A stretch of DNA of 64,000 nucleotides, taken from contig CAWDWO010000033.1 of assembly GCA_963806035.1 (NCBI GenBank), positions 30,918 to 94,917 of the forward strand. Direction: 5' to 3'. Origin of the DNA: Candidatus Krumholzibacteriota bacterium (GTDB taxonomy: Bacteria; Krumholzibacteriota; Krumholzibacteriia; JAJRXK01). Of this stretch, positions 17,722 to 29,368 are shown in pieces. Within the stretch, counting starts at the first letter, position 1. Every line of letters begins with the position of its first letter. Below the pieces are notes generated by a model. The model was not told the origin of the DNA. It ran no database searches and worked only from the letters and a program-made list of their open reading frames with translations. The translations under genes and the position numbers were made by a program.

Positions 17722-18143
17722 TCCGTCCGACCGACTGAACGCGCGGGGGGCCTTTCTCGTAAGAGAGAGACCCCTTTCTTTTGCCCTGCTGCTTGCAGGA
17801 AAAAAGCCGGGCACTTCTTGGGGAAAAGTGGAGGAGAAGACGGGGACGAAATTCACGAGTCGCCCGAAAACTGCGGGCCCTTGGGATAAGACACAAGGAA
17901 GTCCCTTCTTCTCCCCACGGGATCCTCAGCCCGACTCAGCAGATAAGGTATTGTGAAAGTTCGAGTTAAGCCGTCAGATGGAGCATTTGTCCCCGGAATC
18001 CCCAGTCCTACGTACTACTACTCTCTTTTTCTTTTAATGAAAGAGAAACAGAGATCCAGCGGACTTGCTCGCAGCGCGGAGCTGCGATAGCATAGCTCTC
18101 TCTTTCGCACTCCAGTTGAGAGTCTTCCAAGCGAGGCCCCACG
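17722..18143. other. Probable oriC (dnaA-dnaN intergenic region): DnaA boxes, DnaA-trios and AT-rich unwinding region
   Basis: TGGGGAAAA 17819, TTGGGATAA 17881, TTCTCCCCA 17909, TTGTCCCCG and GAATCCCCA at 17987-18004, then CTAcgtaCTACTACT (18008-18022) and a T/A-rich tract. Confidence 0.75.
18065..18093 (+). promoter_or_regulatory. Putative sigma70 promoter for dnaN
   Basis: TTGCTC-N17-TAGCAT; same -35 hexamer as the dnaA candidate. Confidence 0.45.
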
Positions 18144-19268
18144 GTGAAGATCCAGGTTCAACAGAACGAACTCGTACGCGCGTTGGGAGCTGTGGCCAAC
18201 GTCGTCAGTAGCAAAGCCACTTTACCCATCCTTTCCACCATTCTCTTCGACCAGAAGGGCAAGACCCTCACCCTGGCCGCGACCGACCTTGATGTTTCGG
18301 TGGTCACCAGAGTTCGAGAAGTGGAAGTGGAGAGTGAAGGCAAGGCAGCGGTACCTGCCGCGAAGTTCGTGCCTTTCGTGCGAACGCTCGGGTCGCACTC
18401 GGTGAAGATCGAAGCCGACAAGGAACGTGTCACACTGCGCAGCGGAAAGGCCAAGCTGGAAGAGCCGTGCATGGACCCCGAAGACTTTCCGGCACTTCCG
18501 CGGGTACAGGAAGCCGAGTCCTTCACGATTGCGGGCTCGACCCTGGTCGACATGATTCGCACCTGCATCTACGCGACTTCCAAGGACGAGACGCGGCCCG
18601 CTCTGCAGGGCGTCTACTGGGAAATTGCCGACGGCCATTTCACCATGGTCGCCACCGACGGTCATCGCCTGAGTCGTGTCCGCAGGAAGACCGGGATCGC
18701 CAAGAAATTGAGCCGCAAACTCATTGCCTCCTCCGGCGGGCTTCAGCAGGTCATGCGCCTGGCCGAAAATCTGGACGAGGTGACGATCTATCTGGGCGAG
18801 CACCAGCTGAGTTTCGAGATGGATACGACGACCATCCACACACGGCTGGTGGAGGGGAGTTTTCCCAACTACGAGCAGGTGCTTCCCAAGAACAACGAGC
18901 GGCGCATCATCTGCGACCGTGAGGCACTCATCGATGGAATTCGACGGGTCAAGGTCTCGGCGGATCGCGTGACCAATCAGATACGTCTGGGAGTCTCCGG
19001 GAAGACCATGAAGCTCTCCGCGAGCGGCACCGAGGGATCGCGCGCCGAAGACGAAGTCGCCATCGAGTACGGGGGTGAGGACGTTTCCATCGGCTTCAAC
19101 CACGGCTACGTGGAAGACATCCTCAAGCACTTCAAGACGGAGAATCTACTCATCGCCCTGGACCGGCCCGACAGCGCCGCGATCTTCTTGCCCGGGGACG
19201 ATCCGAACGCCGAGATTCTCAAAAGCGACGACCTGTGCCTCTTGATGCCTTTGCGGTTGAACGACTGA
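18144..19268 (+). CDS. dnaN: DNA polymerase III beta sliding clamp
   Basis: LAATDLD, RPALQGV, VATDGHRL, GSFPNYEQV and LLMPLRL. Confidence 0.97.
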   Translation: MKIQVQQNELVRALGAVANVVSSKATLPILSTILFDQKGKTLTLAATDLDVSVVTRVREVEVESEGKAAVPAAKFVPFVRTLGSHSVKIEADKERVTLRSGKAKLEEPCMDPEDFPALPRVQEAESFTIAGSTLVDMIRTCIYATSKDETRPALQGVYWEIADGHFTMVATDGHRLSRVRRKTGIAKKLSRKLIASSGGLQQVMRLAENLDEVTIYLGEHQLSFEMDTTTIHTRLVEGSFPNYEQVLPKNNERRIICDREALIDGIRRVKVSADRVTNQIRLGVSGKTMKLSASGTEGSRAEDEVAIEYGGEDVSIGFNHGYVEDILKHFKTENLLIALDRPDSAAIFLPGDDPNAEILKSDDLCLLMPLRLND

Positions 19269-19299
19269 CGGACCGCCCCCCTGAGCGAGAGGCAATCCG

Positions 19300-20484
19300 G
19301 TGATTTTGACAAGAGTTAAACTCTTGAATTACCGGAATTTGAGCAATCTCTCGCTGGAGTTTTCCCCAAAAATCAATATCTTTTTGGGACGGAATGGACA
19401 GGGAAAAACGAACCTGCTCGAGGCGCTCTCGTACCTGGCGATGGGGCGTTCCCACCGAGGCGCAAAGGACCGTGAGCTGATTCGTTTCGGCAGCGATCAC
19501 CTCCATCTCAAAGTGGAAGGACGCGATCGAGAGGGCGAGGATTTCAGCCTGGAAGCCGCCCTAACGACGCAAGGCAAGAAGCGGATCAAGATCGATGGAT
19601 CCACGATCGCGCGAAACACCGAGCTCGTGGGGCGTCTGTCGGCGGTACTCTTTCATCCCGATGAAATCGCGCTGGCAAAAGGCAGCCCGGAACATCGCAG
19701 GCGCTTTCTCGATCTCACGCTGAGCGTGGTCGTGGGTTCGTATTTCCAGAACCTGATCGGGTACCGGCGGGCCCTTGCGCAGAAGAACCGTCTGCTCAAG
19801 AGCCGGCAGTTCGCGACAGAACGGGAATTGGCGGTGTGGGACGCGGAATTGGTCCAGTACGGGACTCCCGTGATCCTGCTTCGAAGGCAGCTCTTGAGCG
19901 CTCTGGAACGCGCCTGCCAGAATGCATATTCCGCCTTGGCTCCTGGCGGTGGGAGTCTCAAAATGGAGCTGGTTCCGTCGTTTCGTCCGCTCAATAGCCC
20001 CGGGGACGAAGTCGATGAGGCCTCCTTCTGGAAGACGGAATTCCTGAACGCTCTGGGCGAAGGAAGAGCCCGCGAGCGCAGACTGGGATTCGCGCAGATT
20101 GGCCCCCACCGCGACCGCCTCGAGCTGCGCCTTGAGGGAAGAGCGCTGCGACGTTTTGGTTCGCAGGGCGAAATGCGATCGGCCGCGATCGCTTTGAAGC
20201 TGGGACAGGCCGCGCTGATTTACGAGCGAACGAAAGAGCGGCCCGTTGTCCTGTTAGATGATATTTTTAGTGAGCTCGATCAGCAGCGGACCAGGGCCCT
20301 GCAGAGTCTGTTGCATCACGAGCACCAGCTCTTCATCGCCACCGCGCGGCTCGACGACGTGGTGGGGATGCGGGATTGGGAAGACCTGAAAGTCTGGCTC
20401 GTTCATGAGGGGACACTCGAAGCGATCGACGATTTGCGGAGCCTCGAGAGCCACTTCGAGCCGGGCGAACCCGAGCGGGAATGA
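19300..20484 (+). CDS. recF: DNA replication/repair protein RecF
   Basis: GRNGQGKTNLLEA, GSPEHRRRFLD, GPHRD, GSQGE and LLDDIFSELD. Confidence 0.96.
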   Translation: MILTRVKLLNYRNLSNLSLEFSPKINIFLGRNGQGKTNLLEALSYLAMGRSHRGAKDRELIRFGSDHLHLKVEGRDREGEDFSLEAALTTQGKKRIKIDGSTIARNTELVGRLSAVLFHPDEIALAKGSPEHRRRFLDLTLSVVVGSYFQNLIGYRRALAQKNRLLKSRQFATERELAVWDAELVQYGTPVILLRRQLLSALERACQNAYSALAPGGGSLKMELVPSFRPLNSPGDEVDEASFWKTEFLNALGEGRARERRLGFAQIGPHRDRLELRLEGRALRRFGSQGEMRSAAIALKLGQAALIYERTKERPVVLLDDIFSELDQQRTRALQSLLHHEHQLFIATARLDDVVGMRDWEDLKVWLVHEGTLEAIDDLRSLESHFEPGEPERE

Positions 20485-20804
20485 GTGAAGACGTGGGCGC
20501 GAGGATCCGGAGTCTGAAGGAATTGATGGAGCAGGTCCTCGCCAACGGTCCTCTCCGGCAAGGACTGAAAGAACAGGAAATTCTCGCATCGTGGAACGAG
20601 GTCGTGGGAAACGAAATCGCGAAGCACAGCGAAGCGATCGCCCTCAAGGATGGAGTGTTGTGGGTACGAACCGAGGGAAGCGTTTGGGCACAGGAGCTGA
20701 GCTTGCTCATGCCGCGAATCCGCGAAGAGTTCGAGAAGAAACTGGGCAAGGGAAGCGTGCGCGAGGTGCGCTTTCATACCGGCGCCAACCAAAGGTATTC
20801 ATGA
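20481..20804 (+). CDS. DUF721/DciA family protein (helicase loader)
   Basis: WNEVVG.EIAKHS, GVLWV and SVWAQEL; lies between recF and gyrB. Confidence 0.8.
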   Translation: MSEDVGARIRSLKELMEQVLANGPLRQGLKEQEILASWNEVVGNEIAKHSEAIALKDGVLWVRTEGSVWAQELSLLMPRIREEFEKKLGKGSVREVRFHTGANQRYS

Positions 20805-22799
<1,995 letters not shown>

Positions 22800-22811
22800 C
22801 AGGAGCACAGA

Positions 22812-25313
22812 ATGGCGGAAGAATTCAAAGAGCGAATTCAGACGGTAAACATCGAAAACAAGATGAAGTCCGCGTATCTGGACTATTCGATGTCCGTGAT
22901 CATATCGCGTGCCCTCCCCGACGTTCGCGACGGACTCAAACCGGTACACCGGCGAGTCCTCACCGCGATGAACGACCTGAACCTCTCACCGGGCCGGCCC
23001 TATCGCAAGAGCGCGAAGATCACCGGTGACACCACCGGTAACTATCATCCGCACGGAACCGCCGCGGTGTACGACACTCTGGTGCGCATGGCGCAGGATT
23101 TTTCTCTGCGCTATCCCCTGGTCGACGGACAGGGAAACTTCGGATCGATCGACGGAGACAGCCCCGCGGCCGAGCGATACACCGAGGCGCGGCTTGCTCC
23201 CTTCGCGATGGAGCTCTTGCAGGATCTCGACAAGGAAACCGTCGACTTCATTCCCAACTACGACGGCTCGCGCGAGATGCCTTCGGTCTTGCCCAGCGCG
23301 ATTCCCAACCTGCTGGTGAACGGAAGCACGGGCATCGCGGTGGGGATGGCCACCAATTGTCCGCCGCACAATTTGTGCGAGATCGTGGACGGGCTGATCG
23401 CGCTGCTCGACGATCCGGAGCTGGAAGCCATCCAACTTCTGGACCACGTGAGTGGACCCGATTTCCCCACCGGCGGGATCATCCACGGACGGCAGGGCAT
23501 CCGTCGACTACATCGCGACGGGACGCGGGCGCATCGTGATGCGCGCGCGCTGCGAGTACGAGGAGACTCAAGAACGGTCGCGAGGCGATCATCGTCACCG
23601 AGATCCCCTACTACGTGAACAAGTCGGAGTTGATCCAGAAGATCGCGCAACACGTGCGCACCGGGATCATCGAGGGCATTGCCGACCTGGCTGACGAGAG
23701 CGACCGCAAGGGAATGCGCATCGTGATTCAGCTGAAGAAAGACGCCCATCGCGACGTGGTGCTCAACCAACTCTTCAAGCACACGAACATGCAGTCCACC
23801 TTCGGCGTCAACAACATCGCTCTGGTGGGCACGCAGCCGAAGCTTCTGAGCCTCAAGGACATGATGTCCGAGTATCTGAAGTTTCGCGAAGAGGTCGTGG
23901 TTCGAAGAACAGAATTCGAGCTGCGCAAGGCCGAGGCGCGTGCGCACATCCTCGAGGGCTACCGCATTGCGCTGGATAACATCGACGAGATCGTCGACGC
24001 TCATCAAGCAGAGACCCGGACGGCCCCACCGCGCGCGAGCGCCTCATGGAGCGCTTCGGACTCAGCGAGATCCAGGCCCAGGCGATTCTCGACTTGCGAC
24101 TGCAGCGCCTGACCGGCCTCGAACGCGACAAGATCGAGGAGGAGTACCTGGAGCTGATCCAGGAGATCGAGCGGCTGCAGCAGCATTCTCGCCAGCCGCA
24201 GCATGCAGCTCGGCATCATCCGGGACGAGCTCCTGGAGATTCGAGAGAAGTTCGGAGACGAACGCCGCACGGAAATCGTGGACGTCGAAGGGAGACCTCT
24301 CGATCGAGGACCTCATCCCCGAAGAGGACATGGTGGTGACGCTCAGTCGCGAGCCAGTACATCAAGCGCCTGCCGGCCGACACGTACCGTGTCCAGGGCC
24401 GCGGGGGCCGGGGCATGGGCGCCACCAAGCATGAAGGAAGAGGACTGGGTCGAACACCTCATCGTCGCCAACACCCACGACCAAGTACTGTTGTTTACCA
24501 ACCAGGGCCGGGTATTCAGTCTAAAAGTTTACCAGATTCCGGAGGCCAGCCGCGCGGCGCGCGGGAAGGCCGTGGTGAACATCCTCCAACTCGCGAAGGG
24601 CGAGAAGGTTCGGGCGATGGTCCGCGTCCACGGCGAATTCGATTCCGATCAGTAGTCTCATGTTACGCGACGGCCAGCGGCATGGTCAAGCGGACCTCCC
24701 TCGATCAGTTCACGAACATCCGTTCCAACGGGATCCGGGCCATCGAGTATCGTTGGAGGGGGACGAACTCGATCGGGGTGCGGTTCACGGAGGAGGGTCA
24801 GGAGGCCATCCTCGGCGCTGCAGATCGGGCAAGTCGATCCGCTTCGACGTCGAAGATGCGCGCGCCATGGGGCGCACCGCTCGCGGCGTGAAGGGAATCG
24901 AGCTGGCTCCGGCGAGAAGATCGCCGTGGTGGCCATGGTCATCGTCGATCGAGAGAGCAGCGAAGAGGTCCGCCATAAGCTCCTCTGCGTGACCGAGAAC
25001 GGATACGGAAAGCTCACTCCGCTCAGCGAGTACCGCAGCCAGAGCGCGGGGGCAAGGGCATCATCACCATGAAGACCAGCGCAGCGGAACGGCGCGTTGG
25101 TGGGCGTCCGCTCGCGCACGAGGAGGACGAGATCATGGTCGATCACCCGAGGTGGCATCGTGATCCGATGGATGGACGGGTATCGTCAGCATGGGCCGGA
25201 ACACCCAGGGCGTGAAGCTCATCAATCTGGACGAGGAGGACGTGGTGGCCACGGTGGCGCCGGTTGCCGAAAACTCCGAGCTCGAGGACGAAGACGAGGA
25301 AGAAAAAGCCTAG
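22812..25313 (+). CDS. gyrA: DNA gyrase subunit A, frameshifted many times from about 23505 (probable assembly errors)
   Basis: [16 protein letters not shown] and catalytic AERY in the first ORF. Later fragments across frames give [13 protein letters not shown], GyrA-box QGRGGRG, C-terminal pinwheel repeats ([18 protein letters not shown]) and an acidic tail ending at TAG 25313. Confidence 0.93.
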
Positions 25314-25316
25314 GCC

Positions 25317-26224
25317 CTAGCCGGCCTTGGGCCGCGCCAAGAAGGCGATCATCGCTTCCTCGGCCCGCGCAAAGGCAGACGAGCGCGCCAGAAAGCTCCA
25401 CTCGCGCTCGGGAAAGAGAGCCCGGAGCTCCTTTGGGCTGAGGCGATGGCGCGCCCGGCGCGGCCCCGCGCGCGGAGGGTCCGGATCCCCCCGGCCTCGT
25501 CGTCGTCGCGCGCGTAGGTGCGCACGAACACGGCCCCCTGGGGCGTGAGCAGCCCACGCAGGCCCCCCATCAAAGTTTTTTCATGAAATCGCACCATCAG
25601 CACCAGGCCGAAGGGCGCCTCGGCCAGGCCCTTGCGACCCGTCAAATTAAGTTGATGTATCACGAGCTGATCCTCCACGCCGTGGCGCCGTGCCCGGTCG
25701 AGGGCCAGATCCAGGGCATCCGGCAGACGGTCGTAGAGATGGACCCGATAGCCCCGGGCGGCCAGAAACACCGCATTGCGGCCGTTTCCCGCGCCCAGAT
25801 CCGCCACCGGCCCCGCGTGTGGCGCCGGCAGCAGGCTCTCTAGTTCTTGCAGGTAGGGATCGGGACTCCACAGAGCGCCTCGGGCGGGCCCCGCTCGCAG
25901 GGGCAGCTCCTGCAGCGAGCCCGCGAAGTAGCGGGCCTCGTGGCCGCGCCGGAGCAGGTACTCGGCCGCGGCGCGCGCCCGCGCGGGCAGCGCATCGAAG
26001 ACGACGAGGGGCGGCCCCGCCGCGGGCAGCATGTGGGCGGGAAGATCGGCCGCGAAATCGAGGGCGGCCCCCAGCGGCAGCGAGGCGCTCCCGGGCAGAT
26101 GGTCGGCAGCGGAGCTAGCGGGTTCGCGCAGGTCCAGGATGCGGCAACCCCAACGGCGCGTCTCGTCGGCGAGGGCGAGAAGTTCAGAGGCGCTCGCGGT
26201 GCTGACGGTGGGGCGGGTCTCCAT
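25317..26224 (-). CDS. Rhodanese-like domain fused to a class I SAM methyltransferase (TehB-like); probable frameshift near 25450-25490
   Basis: ILDLR and DHLPGSASLP (rhodanese-like); VADLGAGNGRNAVFLAARG. A better C-terminus (RLSPKELRALFPEREWSFL...PKAG*) lies in another frame and ends at 25317; the ORF track ends at 25349. Confidence 0.72.
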
Positions 26225-26313
26225 GGCGCACTACTCTAACAGAGAAGTTCTCATCCGCGGTAGCCTCGGCCGGCCCGCAGGCGCTAGTCTCCACGCGCGC
26301 TCTAGGAGGAAGC

Positions 26314-27552
26314 ATGGCCACCACCAAGATCAAGGATCCGGTCGAGGGGCTCATCGACCTGGACCGTCTCCCGGGCGTGCCGGCGTCGTCGGTGCGCGCG
26401 CTCATCGACGCTCCCGAGCTGCAGCGCCTGCGTCAGATCAAACAGCTCGGCTTCACCGAGCTGGTCTATCCCGGCGCCACCCATACCCGTTTCGCCCACA
26501 GCCTGGGCGCGTTCCAGGGTTGCCAGCGCACGATGCGCCAGCTGAGCGCGGCGGGAGCCGAGCTTCCTCCCGAGTGGTTCATCGCCACCGCTCTGGCCTG
26601 TCTGCTGCACGACCTGGGCCACGGTCCCTTCAGCCACACCTTCGAGGCCGTTGTGCCGCGCAAGCACGAGGAGTGGACTCGTGAGCTGGTGACGAAAGGC
26701 CCCGTCGTGCCGTCCTGCCTCGAGAACATCCTGCCGGGCACGACGGATCGCGTGCACCAGCTGCTCAAGGGAATGGTGGAGGACCCGGAACTCGCGTGGT
26801 TGTGTGACCTGGTTTCCAGCGCGCTGGACTGCGATCGCATGGACTATCTGCGGCGGGACTCCCTGCACACCGGCACGCGCTACGGCGCGATCGACCGGGA
26901 CTGGCTGATCCGGGCCATGGTTCCCAGCCGCGACCGGCGCGCCATTCTGGTGGTCGAGCAGGGGCGCAGCGCGGTCGAGCAGTATCTCATCGGGCGCTAC
27001 CACATGTTCCAGAACGTCTACTTGCACAAGACCGGGCGCGGCTTCGAGACGGCCTTCCGCGGGCTGTGTCGCCGGCTGCAGATTCTCGGCCCCGACGCGA
27101 CCCCCGAAGAGTGCCGGGTCATGCACATCCTGCACGAGAAGAACCTCTCGCTCGAGCGCTATCTCACTCTGACTGACGCCCACTTCCTCGTCGACCTCGA
27201 CGCGCTGGTGGAGCACGAGGATCGAACCGTGCGCGTTCTGGCCCGAGCGCTGCGCTTCCGCCGCCCCCTGCGCAGTGTTTCCTCCGACGGGGGGAGTGAG
27301 GCGCTGCAGGAAGAATTCGAGCGTCGGGGAGAGACGGCGCGCGCGGCCGGCCTGGACCCGAGTTGTGCGGTGTGGATCGATCGCGCGGCGGACGTTCCTT
27401 ACCGCCCCTACTCGCCGAGCGAGGGACGCAAAGGACTGCGCGTGCGCACCACCTCCGGCCGTTTGGTGGACATCACCGAACTCAGCCCCACCCTGCGGGT
27501 GCTCGCTGAACCGGTGGTGGTGCATCGGCTGTACTGGGTCGAAGCGAAATGA
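26314..27552 (+). CDS. HD-domain phosphohydrolase (SAMHD1/YwfO-like dNTPase family)
   Basis: QRLRQIKQLG, YPGATHTRFAHSLG, LLHDLGHGPFSH, DCDRMDYLRRDS and NVYLHK. Confidence 0.88.
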   Translation: MATTKIKDPVEGLIDLDRLPGVPASSVRALIDAPELQRLRQIKQLGFTELVYPGATHTRFAHSLGAFQGCQRTMRQLSAAGAELPPEWFIATALACLLHDLGHGPFSHTFEAVVPRKHEEWTRELVTKGPVVPSCLENILPGTTDRVHQLLKGMVEDPELAWLCDLVSSALDCDRMDYLRRDSLHTGTRYGAIDRDWLIRAMVPSRDRRAILVVEQGRSAVEQYLIGRYHMFQNVYLHKTGRGFETAFRGLCRRLQILGPDATPEECRVMHILHEKNLSLERYLTLTDAHFLVDLDALVEHEDRTVRVLARALRFRRPLRSVSSDGGSEALQEEFERRGETARAAGLDPSCAVWIDRAADVPYRPYSPSEGRKGLRVRTTSGRLVDITELSPTLRVLAEPVVVHRLYWVEAK

Positions 27553-27555
27553 AGA

Positions 27556-27580
27556 CGCCCTCCGCCGTGGGCGGAGGGCG
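27556..27580. terminator. GC-rich hairpin between convergent genes (possible terminator)
   Basis: CGCCCTCCGCC-GTG-GGCGGAGGGCG; U-tracts are weak. Confidence 0.5.
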
Positions 27581-27628
27581 CTTGACTCAACGGCGGCGAG
27601 TGCTCTCACCCACCACTTGGGTTGCAGT

Positions 27629-29081
27629 CTAGAAGGACTCCTTCACCTCGTTGACGACCTCGGTGAGAACCTTCTTGGCGTCCCCGAACACCATGATCGC
27701 GTTGTCGTAGTCGAAGAGCTCGTTGCGGATGCCCGCAAACCCTGGCGACAGCGAACGCTTGATGATGAACACGGTCCGTGCCTCATGGACGTTGAGGATC
27801 GGCATGCCCGCGATGGGGCTCTTGGGATCGTTGATCGCGGCCGGATTGACCACGTCATTCGCCCCGAGAATGATGGCCACGTCGGTGGTCTTGAACTCGG
27901 GGTTGATGTCATCCATTTCGATGAGCTGCTCGTAGGGCACGTCCGCTTCCGCCAAGAGCACGTTCATGTGTCCGGGCATGCGCCCCGCCACCGGGTGGAT
28001 GGCGTAGGACACCTTGGAGCCGTGCTTCTCCAGAAGATTGGCGAGCTCTTTGGTGACGTGCTGGGCCTGCGCGACCGCCAGGCCGTAGCCGGGCACGAAG
28101 ACCACCGATTCGGCGTCTTCGAGAATCATCGCCATTTCCTCCGGAGAGGCCTGCTTGATGTTCGTGTAGCCCTCGCTCCCGCCGCCCGAGGTGTCACCAC
28201 CGAAGCCGCCGATGAGCACGTTGCCCAGGCTGCGATTCATCGCCTTGCACATGATCTGCGAGAGGATGATGCCCGAGGCGCCCACCAGAGAGCCCGAAAC
28301 GATGAGCAGATTGTTGCGCAGAACGAAGCCGGTCATCGCGGCCGCGATGCCCGAGTAGCTGTTCAAGAGCGAGATGACCACCGGCATGTCGGCCCCGCCG
28401 ATGGGAATGACGGTCATGACACCCAGAATGAGCGAGGCCGCCAACACGGCGAGACAGAGGCCGAGGACAAAGGTGCCCGAGTAACTGCCGAAGGCGAGCA
28501 TTCCCGCCACTGCCAGCGCGAAGACAAAGAGCACCAGGTTCAGGATGTGCCGTCCCGGGAGGAGGATCGGGTTGCCGGTCATCTTGCCGGCCAGTTTGGC
28601 ATAGGCCACCAGACTCCCGGTCAGGGTCACCGCCCCCACCAAGAGAAAGGACTGTGGACACCGCCACATCCATCCCCCCCAGGACCTGATGGACTTCCAG
28701 GACTCCGGTGTGACCGGGCATGGCCATGGTGTTGTGCACCGCGCGCCATACCACGCTCAAGCCCACCAGGGCGGAGGCCATCCCCCCGAAGCCGTTGAAC
28801 ACGGCCACCATCTCGGGCATCTGGGTCATCTGCACCCGGATGGCCGCGATGGCCCCGAGCAGACTTCCCAAAATCACGCCCGCGATCATGTAGCGATAAT
28901 CGACGGACTGGGTGGCCCTGAGGTTGATGTCGAGCACGGTCAGCGCGATGGCCAGGAACATTCCGAAGCCAGCCAGCTGATTTCCATGACGTGAGGTGCG
29001 CACCTTCGAGAGGCGCTTGATTCCGAAAATGAAGAACGCGGTGGATACCAGGTATCCCAGAGGAATGAGGTTGCTCAACAT
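27629..29081 (-). CDS. pntB: NAD(P) transhydrogenase subunit beta, single frameshift near 28643
   Basis: N-terminal part (QMTQMPEMVAVFNGFGG) is in ORF 28194..29081; C-terminal part (GGADMPVVISLLNSYSG, HPVAGRMPGHMNVLLAEA, GANDVVNP) is in ORF 27629..28669. Confidence 0.92.
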
Positions 29082-29084
29082 CGA

Positions 29085-29366
29085 CTACCCCTTCCTCTTG
29101 AACATCTGCAACATGCGATCGGTCACCATGAAACCACCCACCACGTTGATCATGGCCACGGTGATGGCGACGAAGCCGAGAATGTTGGCCGTGCTCAGAC
29201 GCCCGGTCTGCGCGCAATAGAGCGCGCCCACGATGGTGATGCCGGAAATGGCATTCGCTCCGGACATGAGCGGGGTGTGTAGAGTCGGCGGCACCTTCGT
29301 GATGAGCTCGACGCCCAAGAAGATGGCCAGCACGAAAACGGTGAGCCCCATCATGAATGGTGACAT
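29085..29366 (-). CDS. pntAb: NAD(P) transhydrogenase subunit alpha, part 2 (membrane)
   Basis: KVPPTLHTPLMSGANAISG and NVVGGFMVTDRMLQMF; start ATG 29366. Confidence 0.93.
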   Translation of the reverse strand: MSPFMMGLTVFVLAIFLGVELITKVPPTLHTPLMSGANAISGITIVGALYCAQTGRLSTANILGFVAITVAMINVVGGFMVTDRMLQMFKRKG

Positions 29367-29368
29367 GG

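Noticed and set aside
22812..25313. gyrA as a true pseudogene, a programmed frameshift, or a recoded TAG at about 24653
   Set aside because: The gene is essential and retains its motifs. The indels are numerous, lack slippery sites and extend into the neighbouring gene, so an artefact is more parsimonious.
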